A stretch of DNA of 31,447 bases, from NCBI GenBank assembly GCA_043786345.1, contig JAYVWD010000125.1, forward strand, positions 1-31,447, in the 5' to 3' direction. Origin of the DNA: Pseudomonadota bacterium. Its GTDB lineage: Bacteria; Bdellovibrionota_B; Oligoflexia; Oligoflexales; CAIYRB01. Positions 1-8,452 of this stretch are shown here, in pieces. The notes under the pieces were generated by a model, which was not told the DNA's origin, did not search any database, and saw nothing but the letters and a program-made list of their open reading frames with translations. Position 1 is the stretch's first letter. Each line of letters begins with the position of its first letter. The translations under genes and the position numbers were made by a program.

Positions 1-1463
1 ATCCGAGCCTCGTGATCGAAAACGCCAAGGCCGACCTGCCCTTCCGCTTCGAGATCACCCACCCTGATCGCCTCGCCGAGTGGCTCGACGTGACGAACCC
101 GGATCAGCTCCTCGACCGCTATTTCACCACGGCGAAGTCGTTCGACGTCACCGCCCGCGGCTCCGTCGGCCTGGCTCGCATCACGCCCCGCGCCGGCACC
201 AAGGACAGCGACGTCACCTTCCGCGACGTCGCGATCGACTCGACCTACCGCCTGGTCGCGGCCACCGGCCGCACCGAGCTCTGGGGCAGCGCCAAGTGCG
301 AATCGATCGTCGCCCCGCCGCTCGACGGCAGCCCGATCCGGGACCTCAAATACAAGGTCGACGCGGGCTTCGCCTACCACCAGGACAACGGCGGCTCCGT
401 CGACTTCGCGCTCGACTTCGTCGATAAGTTCGGCCGGATTCCCCCGACGCGCGTAGGCGCCACCGTCCGCTCCTTTGGCCGCGAGGTCGCCGCCGACTAC
501 CACGTCAACGGCCCCCTCTTCGCGCTCCTGGCGAAGACCGTCGGCCTGGACGTGCTGCTCCGCCACGAGTCGGCCGAGGTCGCGGGCCAGGTGCGCTTCA
601 CGCAGCTCCTCAACAAGATGGACCTCAAGACCTGGGCCTTCCTGCCCTTCAACTTCCCCTACCAGGGCGAAGTCGCGGGCAACGGCAAGTTCGAGCTGCG
701 CGGCATCTCGTACGATTACCTCGAAGGCGTGCGCCGCATCAGCGTTCCGGCGCTCGCCGGCACTTACGAGCACGGCGACGGCGGCGCGGGCCACCGCGTC
801 GAGGTCGTCGCGAACGCGGACGAGGCGACGGTCCAGTTCGACAACGGCACCGACTACCGCCTGAAGGGCGTCCTCGCCTCGGTGAACGGCTCCTTCCAGA
901 TGCCGTTCCCGTCGGCCTCGGCGCCGTTCCGCGTCGAAATCCGCGGCAAGCAGCTCACCAACGGCAAGAACGGCGCCCGCTTCCCCGACCTCAAGATGGC
1001 GGCGGTGTTCGACGTGCAGAAGGCGCAGAGCCTCAAGGTCGCGGCGATCGACGTGATGCTCGCGGGCGAGAAGCTCGTCACCGGCTCCGGCATCGTCGGC
1101 GGCTTCTACCCGTTGGCGGGCGTCGACCTCTGGGGCGACGTGAAGCTCGACACCAAGAAGTTCCGCGGCCTCACGGCGCTGAGCGAGGACCTGGGCGAGG
1201 TGCGCATTCCGTTGCGCCTCTCCTCCGCGAACGGCAACTCGCTGCGCCTCGTCGGCAGCGTGCTCCGCCGCGGCGACGCGAGCGGCACGAGCGCCGCCCC
1301 CAAGATGATTCCGCTCGAGGTCGAGTGGAAAGTCGCGGGCGACAACCACGTCGAGCTCAAGCTCGGGGCGCTGGAGGACGCGCTTCCCGGGGCCTTCTTC
1401 GACAACGCGCCGAGCGGCGGCTCAGGCGAGCCGCAGTATCGCGGGAAGACCGTGGCGCACTGA
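1..1463 (+). CDS. 5'-truncated hypothetical beta-rich envelope protein (C-terminal part; possibly AsmA/TamB-like)
   Basis: Frame is open from the window edge to TGA at 1461-1463 with strong GC3 codon bias. Many alternating hydrophobic/polar beta-strand patterns, no catalytic motif recognised. Confidence 0.7.
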   Translation, partial: PSLVIENAKADLPFRFEITHPDRLAEWLDVTNPDQLLDRYFTTAKSFDVTARGSVGLARITPRAGTKDSDVTFRDVAIDSTYRLVAATGRTELWGSAKCESIVAPPLDGSPIRDLKYKVDAGFAYHQDNGGSVDFALDFVDKFGRIPPTRVGATVRSFGREVAADYHVNGPLFALLAKTVGLDVLLRHESAEVAGQVRFTQLLNKMDLKTWAFLPFNFPYQGEVAGNGKFELRGISYDYLEGVRRISVPALAGTYEHGDGGAGHRVEVVANADEATVQFDNGTDYRLKGVLASVNGSFQMPFPSASAPFRVEIRGKQLTNGKNGARFPDLKMAAVFDVQKAQSLKVAAIDVMLAGEKLVTGSGIVGGFYPLAGVDLWGDVKLDTKKFRGLTALSEDLGEVRIPLRLSSANGNSLRLVGSVLRRGDASGTSAAPKMIPLEVEWKVAGDNHVELKLGALEDALPGAFFDNAPSGGSGEPQYRGKTVAH

Positions 1464-1527
1464 CCGACCTCGGGCCGGCGTCGACGCCGACCGGCCTTAG
1501 GCCTAAGCCCCAAAGCGTCGGCGCCGT

Positions 1528-3135
1528 TCAGCGCTCGTCGAGCATCCTCAGAATGTTCCCCAGCGACGCGATGACGTCCGTCGCCAGCACCGCGTGCTCC
1601 CCGACGCCTTCGCCGGCGATCACCGCCGCCCAGGCGACCGCCACCTGGCTGCGCAGCGCCGCGACCAGGGCCGGCAGGCCCGCGGCCCCGTGCGCGCCGG
1701 CGACGCCGGCGAGGACGTCGCCGGAGCCGGCGCGCGCGAGCGCGAGCGTCCCTTCGGTCACGACGAAGCCCGGCGTCCCCTCGACCCCCGATATCACGAC
1801 CGGTGTGGCGTTCTTATAGGCGAGCGTCACGCCCATCGCCAGGGCCAGGCCGCGCGCCTTCGCCAGGCCCGCGGGGCAAAGCGGCGCGAAGTCGAAGGCG
1901 GCCCCGAGCTTCCGCCATTCGCCCGGGTGCGGCGTCAGCAGCCACTTGCCCGGGTCGCCCGGAGCGTGCGCGAGCTGCTCGTACATCCCGTGCGTCGCCG
2001 CCGCGTCGAGGAGGACGAAGCCGTCGCGCTCCTGCGAGAAGTCGCGCAGCACGGCGAGGACCTCGGGCGAGATCGGATTCACCATCGTGCCCGGGCCGAC
2101 GACCACGGCCTTGACCTTGCGTTCCTCGAGGAACGCCTCGAGGTTGATCGCGTTGAGCTCGTCGCCGTCGAACAGGTGCTCGAAGGTGAGCTCCGGCGGA
2201 ACCTCGCCCGTCAGCGTCAGCGCCGCGGCGTCGGGCATCGCGAGCGTCACCCAGCCGGCGCCGGCGCGCAGGGCCGCGAGGCCTGCGAGGATCGGCGCCC
2301 CGGCTTTGCCCGGGCTGCCGCCGATGACGAGCACATGGCCGCGGTCATACTTGTGGGCGCTGCGCGGCAGCTCGTCCCAGGGGCTGATGCGGATCAGCTC
2401 CTTCGCTTGGGGCAGCACGAAACACGCCTTGTGAACGGCCTCCGCCGCATCCTCGGCCGCCCGCGGGAAGCCGATGCCGAGGCTCACGACCTCGCCGCAG
2501 GCGTCGCGCGCCGGCGCCAGCGCGTGGGCGGGCTTGAGGGCGCCGAAGGTGACCGTCACGTCGGCGGCAAGCGGGACCTCCTGCTCCTCGCCCGAGTCGC
2601 AGTCGAGGCCGCTCGGCAGGTCGACGGCGATCACGAGGCGCGCGCCCAGCCCGTCCGCCTCTTTCAGGGCGCGGGCGATCGCCGAGCCGGACTCGAGCGG
2701 CCCTTTGAAGCCCAGCCCCAGCACGCCGTCGACGACGACGGGGCTCTGCAGGTCGAGGAGGCACCCGGGCGCGTAGGCCTCGACGGCGACCCCGAGGGCG
2801 CGCACCGCGGCCAGCTGGCGGGCGCAGAGCTCGGAGCGCCCGTCGTCGTCGGCGCGCGCGACGAGCACGACGCGGACGTCGAAGCCGGCGTCGAACAGGT
2901 AGCGGGCCGCGACCAGCGCGTCGCCGCCGTTGTTGCCGGGGCCCGCGAGCACCAGCACCGGCGCGCCTTCGTGCTCCGGCCCGAGCCGCTGCTCGACGAT
3001 CTCGGCCACGCCGCGGCCGGCGGTTTCCATCAAGGCGACGGCGGCGACGTGGAAGCGCTCCGTCGACAGGCGGTCGATCTCGCGCGCCAGCTCGCGGTGC
3101 CACACGTTCGTATAAGTGATTCCTGCCTCGGTCAC
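1528..3135 (-). CDS. nnr: Bifunctional NAD(P)HX epimerase / ADP-dependent NAD(P)HX dehydratase (YjeF family)
   Basis: LMETAG, GPGNNGGD, DGVLGLG, DLPSG, VTVTFGALKP, HKYDRGHVLVIGGS, GPG, LLDA, LTPHPGEW and AGSGDVLAG motifs. GTG start with GAAGGGG SD. Confidence 0.96.
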   Translation of the reverse strand: MTEAGITYTNVWHRELAREIDRLSTERFHVAAVALMETAGRGVAEIVEQRLGPEHEGAPVLVLAGPGNNGGDALVAARYLFDAGFDVRVVLVARADDDGRSELCARQLAAVRALGVAVEAYAPGCLLDLQSPVVVDGVLGLGFKGPLESGSAIARALKEADGLGARLVIAVDLPSGLDCDSGEEQEVPLAADVTVTFGALKPAHALAPARDACGEVVSLGIGFPRAAEDAAEAVHKACFVLPQAKELIRISPWDELPRSAHKYDRGHVLVIGGSPGKAGAPILAGLAALRAGAGWVTLAMPDAAALTLTGEVPPELTFEHLFDGDELNAINLEAFLEERKVKAVVVGPGTMVNPISPEVLAVLRDFSQERDGFVLLDAAATHGMYEQLAHAPGDPGKWLLTPHPGEWRKLGAAFDFAPLCPAGLAKARGLALAMGVTLAYKNATPVVISGVEGTPGFVVTEGTLALARAGSGDVLAGVAGAHGAAGLPALVAALRSQVAVAWAAVIAGEGVGEHAVLATDVIASLGNILRMLDER

Positions 3136-3156
3136 GCCATCCCCCTTCGGAATGCG

Positions 3157-3456
3157 TCAGCCGACGCGCTTGCCCCCGGAGGTCTCGATCACTTTGATGA
3201 TCTTCTTCGTGACGTCGTCCTTGAACGGCTTGTGGGTGAAGGCGATCTTCTCGGTGGCGAGGGTGTACTCGAGCCCGGCGGGCGAGTCGCTCTGCTTGAA
3301 CGAGATCGTCGAGGTGCCCATCTTCGAGATGACGACGTCGAGGTTGCCGCCCGTCATGTTGAAGCTCACCATCTCGCCGAGCTTGCGGTCGCCCATCGTG
3401 GTCTTGATCGCGGCGAGCACTTTGGCCGGGTCTTTCTCGGCGAAGACGAACTTCAT
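3157..3456 (-). CDS. Hypothetical protein (99 aa, alpha/beta)
   Basis: Clean ORF with typical codon bias and SD-like GAGGAAGG, lying between two same-strand genes. Confidence 0.8.
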   Translation of the reverse strand: MKFVFAEKDPAKVLAAIKTTMGDRKLGEMVSFNMTGGNLDVVISKMGTSTISFKQSDSPAGLEYTLATEKIAFTHKPFKDDVTKKIIKVIETSGGKRVG

Positions 3457-3489
3457 GGGCTTTGGGCCTTCCTCGGGTCGGGGGGGGCG

Positions 3490-3960
3490 TCAGGCCAGCG
3501 CGGCGCGCGCCAGATCCTCGAACAATCTCTTAATAATCAGCTCATTGGTCATTAGCAAGGCGTTATCCATCGACCAGGCCAGCGAGCCGAACGGGTCGAC
3601 GAGGGGTAGAAACCGGTGCAGGGCCTTGGCCTGCCGCACGTAGCCGTCGACGTTGACGAGCGTCGCCTCGAGCGTCTGCCCCCTGGCCTCGAGGATCAGC
3701 TGCACGCGGCCCATGAGCAGCATGAAACCCATGCCCCCGTCGGGGCGCGCCGGCAGCGGCAGGTGGTTGACGGCGCGGACGCCGCGCGCATGGTCGTTGA
3801 AGACGGCGCAGGCCTCCTGGGCCTCCTCGTAGAGCTCGTGGATCGCGCCGGCGACTCGCGCCGCCGCGAGCCGCTCCACCGCCGCGGGGTCGTCCGGCGC
3901 GAGCGCGTTGCCGCCGCCGCGGGCGAGCGCCAGGTGCCTGAGCCATTCCACGTCGGCCAC
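3490..3960 (-). CDS. Hypothetical protein (156 aa)
   Basis: GTG start preceded by GAGGGGGAG, 13 bp after the stop of the upstream TPR gene. Protein-like composition. Confidence 0.8.
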   Translation of the reverse strand: MADVEWLRHLALARGGGNALAPDDPAAVERLAAARVAGAIHELYEEAQEACAVFNDHARGVRAVNHLPLPARPDGGMGFMLLMGRVQLILEARGQTLEATLVNVDGYVRQAKALHRFLPLVDPFGSLAWSMDNALLMTNELIIKRLFEDLARAALA

Positions 3961-3973
3961 GGTTTTCTCCCCC

Positions 3974-5815
3974 TCAAAAGGCCAGGTTGACGCCGACGGT
4001 GCCGACGAACTTCTCGACGTAGTCGACGACGTTGAGCTCGAACGGGTCGCGGGCCGCCTCGTTCCCGAGGCTCCACTTCGTCTTTTGGATCAGCTGCGAG
4101 ACCGAGGCGGTGAACCAGGGCAGGATTGGCGGCGTGAAGCCGAGCGAGAGCTTGCCCGTCATCACCTGGCCGTCCGCCGAGACCTGGCCGAAGGTCTGGA
4201 TGTCGTGGAACAGATAGTTCTGGTCGGCCTCGATGGAGCCGAGCGCCGACGCCGAGATCCCGGCCGGGAGGAGCTGGACGACCGTGAGCTCGGCGCGCGT
4301 GATCGCGTCCGGCCCGTCGATGCTCGCCGCCTCGTCGACGTAGTCGTTGATCTCGTGCTTGACGGCGAGGGTGGCGGAGAGCTTGCTCGGCAGGTCGACG
4401 CCCGCGGACGCCGAGCCGTGGACGACCGTCATCGTCGGCTTGGTCCGCGGGCTCAGGATCTCGGCGTAGCCGACTTCGCCGGCGTAGTGCCACAGCGTCA
4501 CCTTGCCGCCGACCGAGGCGTAGCCTTCGCGGCTGCCCGTGCGCTGCCCGCGCTCGAAATTCGGGTAGTGAAAGGCGAGCCTGCCGCCCGTCGAGATCCA
4601 CACGCCTTCCGGCAGCGGAAACTCGATCCAGGGCTCGGCGGCGACGTCGCCCGACTTGGTGTCGGTGACGCCCAGGTCCTTCGCGGCGACGCGCGTCAGA
4701 TCCGCGTTCGTCTCGTCGACGAGCACGCGCTGCTCCTTGCCGTGCTCGACGCGGTCCTCGGCGGCCAGCGCCAGCCCGAGGCCGACGGCCGCGAAGCGGT
4801 CCTTGCCCTGGCGGATGCCCGGGATCGGTAGGAGCGGGCCGGATTTGAGCTCGAGCGCGCCGACCTTGGCGTCGTAGTTGCTCTCTTTGAGCCCGTGGTT
4901 GTCCTTGTATTGGTGCTCGGCGGAGTAGGTGACCTGCGCCCAGCGGTCGACGGCCTTGAGGCCCTGGTGCACGTAGCCCACCGGCTTGTCCGACTTCGCG
5001 GCCGTGCCGTTCGGGTCGCCCTTGGCCATGCCCTTCTCTTTGGCGAGCTCCTTGTTGAGCTGATCGAGCTCGGTGCTGCGCTCCTTGGCGAGCGTTCCCC
5101 GCTCCTTCATGAGGCGCAGAGCCTGGACGTGCTTGATGTAGAGGGTGCGGCTCTTCGCGAGCTTGTCGGGGAGGACGACGGCCTTTTCGAGCATGTCCTC
5201 CGCGTCCTCGTACTTCTTGAGCTTGATCGCGCAGATCGCGCCGTAATAGTTCGCGAGGTCGAAGAGCGCGTGGCCCTTCGGCACCCGCTGGAAGCCGTAG
5301 AGCGCGCCCTGATATTGCTTCACCATGTAGAAGGACCAGCCGTACTCGTAGCTCGTCTCGGGGTCCAGGTGCTGCGGGTCGATGTGCGAGAAGACGCCGA
5401 ACGCGTCCTTGATGCGGTCCAGCCGGTAAAGCGTCTTCGCCAGCTGCACCCGCGCCGGCTCATGGTCCGGGTATTTGCGCACGATCGCGTCGAAGGCGTA
5501 GAGCGCCTGCTCGTATTTCCCCTGCTCGTAAAGCTGCTGGGCCGCCTCGAATTGGCCGCGAATGCCTTTGACGGCGCCCTTGCGGCCGGTCTTGCCCTTG
5601 GCGTCGGTGCCCTCGATCCAGTCGCCTTCGTCGCTCTTCTTTTTCTTCTTCTTTTTGGCCTGGGGCCCGGGCTTCGGCTTTTGGCCGGCCGCCGCCTTGG
5701 GTTGGCCGCCGGGCGCCGGAGCCTGCGCCCAGGCGCCGCCCGCCGCGGCGAGCCCGAGGGCGCCGACGAGGACCGAGATCACGACTTGCGAGGGCCTGGC
5801 CAAGGTCCGCCCCAT
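3974..5815 (-). CDS. Secreted TPR-repeat protein with probable C-terminal outer-membrane beta-barrel
   Basis: Signal peptide ending AWA-Q, Pro/Lys linker with K7, TPR-like repeats (AQQLYEQGKYEQALYAF, LAKTLYRL, YGWSFY, ANYYGAICAIKLKKYEDA), amphipathic strands in the C-terminal half and terminal VGVNLAF. Confidence 0.85.
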   Translation of the reverse strand: MGRTLARPSQVVISVLVGALGLAAAGGAWAQAPAPGGQPKAAAGQKPKPGPQAKKKKKKKSDEGDWIEGTDAKGKTGRKGAVKGIRGQFEAAQQLYEQGKYEQALYAFDAIVRKYPDHEPARVQLAKTLYRLDRIKDAFGVFSHIDPQHLDPETSYEYGWSFYMVKQYQGALYGFQRVPKGHALFDLANYYGAICAIKLKKYEDAEDMLEKAVVLPDKLAKSRTLYIKHVQALRLMKERGTLAKERSTELDQLNKELAKEKGMAKGDPNGTAAKSDKPVGYVHQGLKAVDRWAQVTYSAEHQYKDNHGLKESNYDAKVGALELKSGPLLPIPGIRQGKDRFAAVGLGLALAAEDRVEHGKEQRVLVDETNADLTRVAAKDLGVTDTKSGDVAAEPWIEFPLPEGVWISTGGRLAFHYPNFERGQRTGSREGYASVGGKVTLWHYAGEVGYAEILSPRTKPTMTVVHGSASAGVDLPSKLSATLAVKHEINDYVDEAASIDGPDAITRAELTVVQLLPAGISASALGSIEADQNYLFHDIQTFGQVSADGQVMTGKLSLGFTPPILPWFTASVSQLIQKTKWSLGNEAARDPFELNVVDYVEKFVGTVGVNLAF

Positions 5816-5883
5816 TCAGAAATTGCGTAAAGGGTTACGGTACTTTACACAATCCTGGGGGTTTGCAACAGCCCTGCGCCTAT

Positions 5884-5974
5884 CCCTTCCGCTTCGCCCC
5901 CCTTTCGCTCCTCCGAGGGTGCCCGGCCGCCGGCATTCAGACCACGGAAGAGGGGGGGCGGAAGAAGCGGAGGG
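5884..5974. repeat. Imperfect ~90-nt rod-like inverted repeat in intergenic region
   Basis: Nested complementary blocks: CCCTTCCGCTTC/GAAGCGGAGGG, GCCCCCCT/AGGGGGGGC, TCCG/CGGA, GGGTGCC/GGCATTC. Confidence 0.55.
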
Positions 5975-5985
5975 CCTGAAAACGG

Positions 5986-7479
5986 TCAGCCGCAGGCGCC
6001 GCCGGTCAGCGCGAAGGGCGGCGCCGGCATGACCGGGAAGCCCTCTTTGAGGATTTTGCAGAGGTCCTTCCGCACGACGCCCGCCGTCTCGTGGCCGTCG
6101 TCGCGCAGGGCGAAGGTCCCGAGGAAGTCGTCGGCGACGCCTTCGAGCGCGGTCGCGATCGGCTCGAGCCAGGCCGACCCCTTCTGGTCGAGGGCCAAGG
6201 CCCGGGAGGCCTTCACGTACTTGTCCATCCAGGCGATCGTCAGCCGGTAGCGCTGGTCGATGTCGTCGGCGCTGCCCGGCACGAGCGTGGCCGTGGACGC
6301 CGTCAGCCGCGCGAACGCCTGGTCGAGCGCGTGCCCGACGATGGCGCCGATGATGTGGATGTCGCGGTACTGGGGCTGGCCGCAGGGCTTGTCGTCTTCC
6401 TGGGTCTTGCCGAGGACCAGGTCGAAGCGGTCCTCCGTCAGCGCCTTCTTGTCGCCGTTCAGGAAGTTGGCGTTGGCGATATCGCGGTTTATGCCGAAGC
6501 AGGGCAGGCCGCGGAGCGAGGCGCCGGTGCCGCCCTCGGCGTAAAAGGCCGTCATGTCGGCGAAGGTCTCGCCGACCGCGCCGTGCACCTGCGCCCGGTC
6601 GGACGTGCCGGCGCCGCCGATGTCGAACGCGTACTCGTCGAAGAACCGGTGCTCGAACGGGATCCAGCGCAGGCCCATCTGCGAGAGCAGCATGCCGTTG
6701 CGGGTGAAGTCGATGTGGTGGCCGTATTCGTGGGCCAGGACGAACTGGGACTCCCAGAAAAAGCCCTTGGCGGAGCGCGCGTCCTCGGCGGCTTCCGGAA
6801 AGACCGCGATCATGGGCGGCGACTGAAAGTGCGCGCTGTTGTGCGTGATCCAGGTCTTGAGGCGGACCTTGGTGCCGTCGCGCTGCGGGAAGTTGTCGTA
6901 GTAGTCGATGAACTCCGGCAGCACCGACAACTTGATCGTGGGCAGGTCGGTGTTGCCGGGGGCGAGCTGTTTGTACCGGGACTGGGCCGTCTGGATGTAG
7001 TGGATGCTCGCGAGCGCGACGCCCTCGTAGCTGGTGCGGCCGTAGTCGAAGTCGTCCCGGCAGATGCGCAGCGGCGTCAGCGCGTGCGCGTTCACCCAGC
7101 CCTGCTCGGCGCCGCTCTTGTCGTCGCAGTAATGGCCTTCGCCCTTGTCCACGTCGCAGGCGCGCTCGTAGACGTCGTCGTAGGTCGTCTCGGACACCGC
7201 GGCGCTCCCGAGCGAGGCCTTCGAGGACACCCCGTCGAGGGTGACCCGGTGGGTCTCGATCTGGTCGCCGTTCCAGGCGCGCACCGAGGCGTGGGTGAGC
7301 GCCACCGGGGCCGAGGCCTGCTGGCAGGAGGGGTCGGCCAGGGTGTACGTGGCTGGCGCCCGCCGGTCGGCCACCACCGGGATGACCGGATCGCGGCGCT
7401 CGCTGGTTTCGCCGCCGCCGCAGGCCACGAGCCCCGCCGCCGCCGCGCCCAGGAGGGCTGCCGCCAGGTATTTCGCCAC
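5986..7479 (-). CDS. Lipoprotein zinc metallopeptidase, thermolysin-like gluzincin (M4/M36-like)
   Basis: Lipobox LVAC, HEYGH zinc motif, GAVGETFAD (third-ligand GxxxExxxD), downstream DIHIIG His. GTG start with AGGAGG SD. Confidence 0.8.
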   Translation of the reverse strand: MAKYLAAALLGAAAAGLVACGGGETSERRDPVIPVVADRRAPATYTLADPSCQQASAPVALTHASVRAWNGDQIETHRVTLDGVSSKASLGSAAVSETTYDDVYERACDVDKGEGHYCDDKSGAEQGWVNAHALTPLRICRDDFDYGRTSYEGVALASIHYIQTAQSRYKQLAPGNTDLPTIKLSVLPEFIDYYDNFPQRDGTKVRLKTWITHNSAHFQSPPMIAVFPEAAEDARSAKGFFWESQFVLAHEYGHHIDFTRNGMLLSQMGLRWIPFEHRFFDEYAFDIGGAGTSDRAQVHGAVGETFADMTAFYAEGGTGASLRGLPCFGINRDIANANFLNGDKKALTEDRFDLVLGKTQEDDKPCGQPQYRDIHIIGAIVGHALDQAFARLTASTATLVPGSADDIDQRYRLTIAWMDKYVKASRALALDQKGSAWLEPIATALEGVADDFLGTFALRDDGHETAGVVRKDLCKILKEGFPVMPAPPFALTGGACG

Positions 7480-7646
7480 GAAATGTCCTCCTAAACCGGC
7501 AAACGCTTGATGGCGCTTGCATTTGAGGCTAAATTCAGCGATCTACTCAGATCCTGGCGCCCATGCTAGCAAGGTCCTTTGGAAAACCCAAGGATAGGCT
7601 GCAGTCAAGCGGAGTGGCCGGGAATTATTTGGAAAAGGGGTGCTGC

Positions 7647-7892
7647 ATGGCGCGGGTTTCGATCGAGGACTGCCTGAACGTGCTCGAGAACCGGTTTGCC
7701 CTGGTCACGGTCGCGGCGTCACGGACGCGCCAGCTCATGGGCGGCGACGAGCCTCTCGTGAAGACCAAGAACAAGATGGCGGTCACGGCGTTGCGCGAAA
7801 TCGCCGAAGGCTTCGTGACGGCATCCGACGTGCCGTTGGAAGTCGGTAAGGTCGCACAGGCCAAGGCCGCATCGATCGCCGAGTCGAAGTAG
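7647..7892 (+). CDS. rpoZ: DNA-directed RNA polymerase subunit omega
   Basis: MARVSIEDCL..ENRFALV..A..R.RQL..G...K...ALREIAEG signature. True ATG at 7647 after AAAAGGGG; the ORF-track start at 7563 is too early. Confidence 0.97.
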   Translation: MARVSIEDCLNVLENRFALVTVAASRTRQLMGGDEPLVKTKNKMAVTALREIAEGFVTASDVPLEVGKVAQAKAASIAESK

Positions 7893-7912
7893 AGTCCCTG
7901 GGGGCCAAGGGC

Positions 7913-8281
7913 TCAGACGCCGGTGACGGCGTATTCGCACTGCTCCATGATGTAGCTGCGAAGGGCGCGCTCGATGACCTCGTCTTGGGACATCATGCGC
8001 GTATCGAACCAGTACTGAGCGGTCAGCTGCTCGTACAGGACCTTCCCGAAGACCTCGTCGAGCACTTCGGCGAGGGTCTCGCGGAAGTGCACATAATCCC
8101 AGGCTTCGGGGGCGGGAGCCAGGCTTCCCGCCATATACAGGCTTTGCATCTCACCCAGGGTGACGTCGATGTGCGTCTCGACGAAAATCTCGATGATGCG
8201 GTCGATCCGGGCGTTGTAACGCGCCAGATAGCCCTGTCTTTTCTTGGCTCGGTAACCCCGCAGGCTTATCAACTTGCTCAT
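7913..8281 (-). CDS. Hypothetical protein (122 aa, helical)
   Basis: ATG with GGAGGT SD and protein-like composition. Convergent with rpoZ. Confidence 0.8.
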   Translation of the reverse strand: MSKLISLRGYRAKKRQGYLARYNARIDRIIEIFVETHIDVTLGEMQSLYMAGSLAPAPEAWDYVHFRETLAEVLDEVFGKVLYEQLTAQYWFDTRMMSQDEVIERALRSYIMEQCEYAVTGV

Positions 8282-8310
8282 GGCATCGTAACCTCCGCTC
8301 TACTAACCAC

Positions 8311-8338
8311 CTTTCGGCATCTTTTATGGCTTTCTTGA
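8311..8338 (-). promoter_or_regulatory. Candidate sigma28/FliA-type promoter TCAAG-N15-GCCGAAAG
   Basis: Minus-strand match. The predicted TSS near 8304 lies upstream of the SD at 8291-8296 of the 122-aa gene. Confidence 0.45.
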
Positions 8339-8452
8339 ACCGCTCGGCAAATTCTGCCTGAGGGCGTGGGAAAAAAGTATCTAATATCAGCATCTTGTGC
8401 CTCGGAGCGGAGATGTTTATCATGGAGTCAGGTCAGGGGAGGTCCGCATTCC

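Noticed and set aside
1474-1527. Nested palindromes (CGGCGTCGACGCCG, CTTAGGCCTAAG) between convergent genes
   Set aside because: Probably just a bidirectional terminator-like or chance GC-rich structure. No U-tract and no second copy seen.
1594-3555. Long antisense or alternate-frame ORFs (e.g. 1594-3555, 6091-7494, 12079-14310, 18865-20805, 22162-24099, 23982-26435)
   Set aside because: Shadow ORFs of well-supported genes in high-GC DNA. They are Arg/Gly/Ala/Pro-rich or mirror the codon pattern of the opposite gene and carry no motifs.
5884-5974. SRP RNA, 6S RNA or tRNA identity for the intergenic hairpin
   Set aside because: No SRP helix-8 consensus (TCAGG..GGAAGGAAGCAG), too short for 6S, and no cloverleaf.
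7493-7520. Third sigma28-like match GCAAG-N15-GCCGGTTT upstream of the peptidase
   Set aside because: Weak -10, and the implied TSS would fall at or downstream of the SD (7487-7492).
7575-7591. TGGCGCCCATGCTAGCA as a sigma54 promoter for rpoZ
   Set aside because: GG-to-GC spacing is 11 rather than the required 10.
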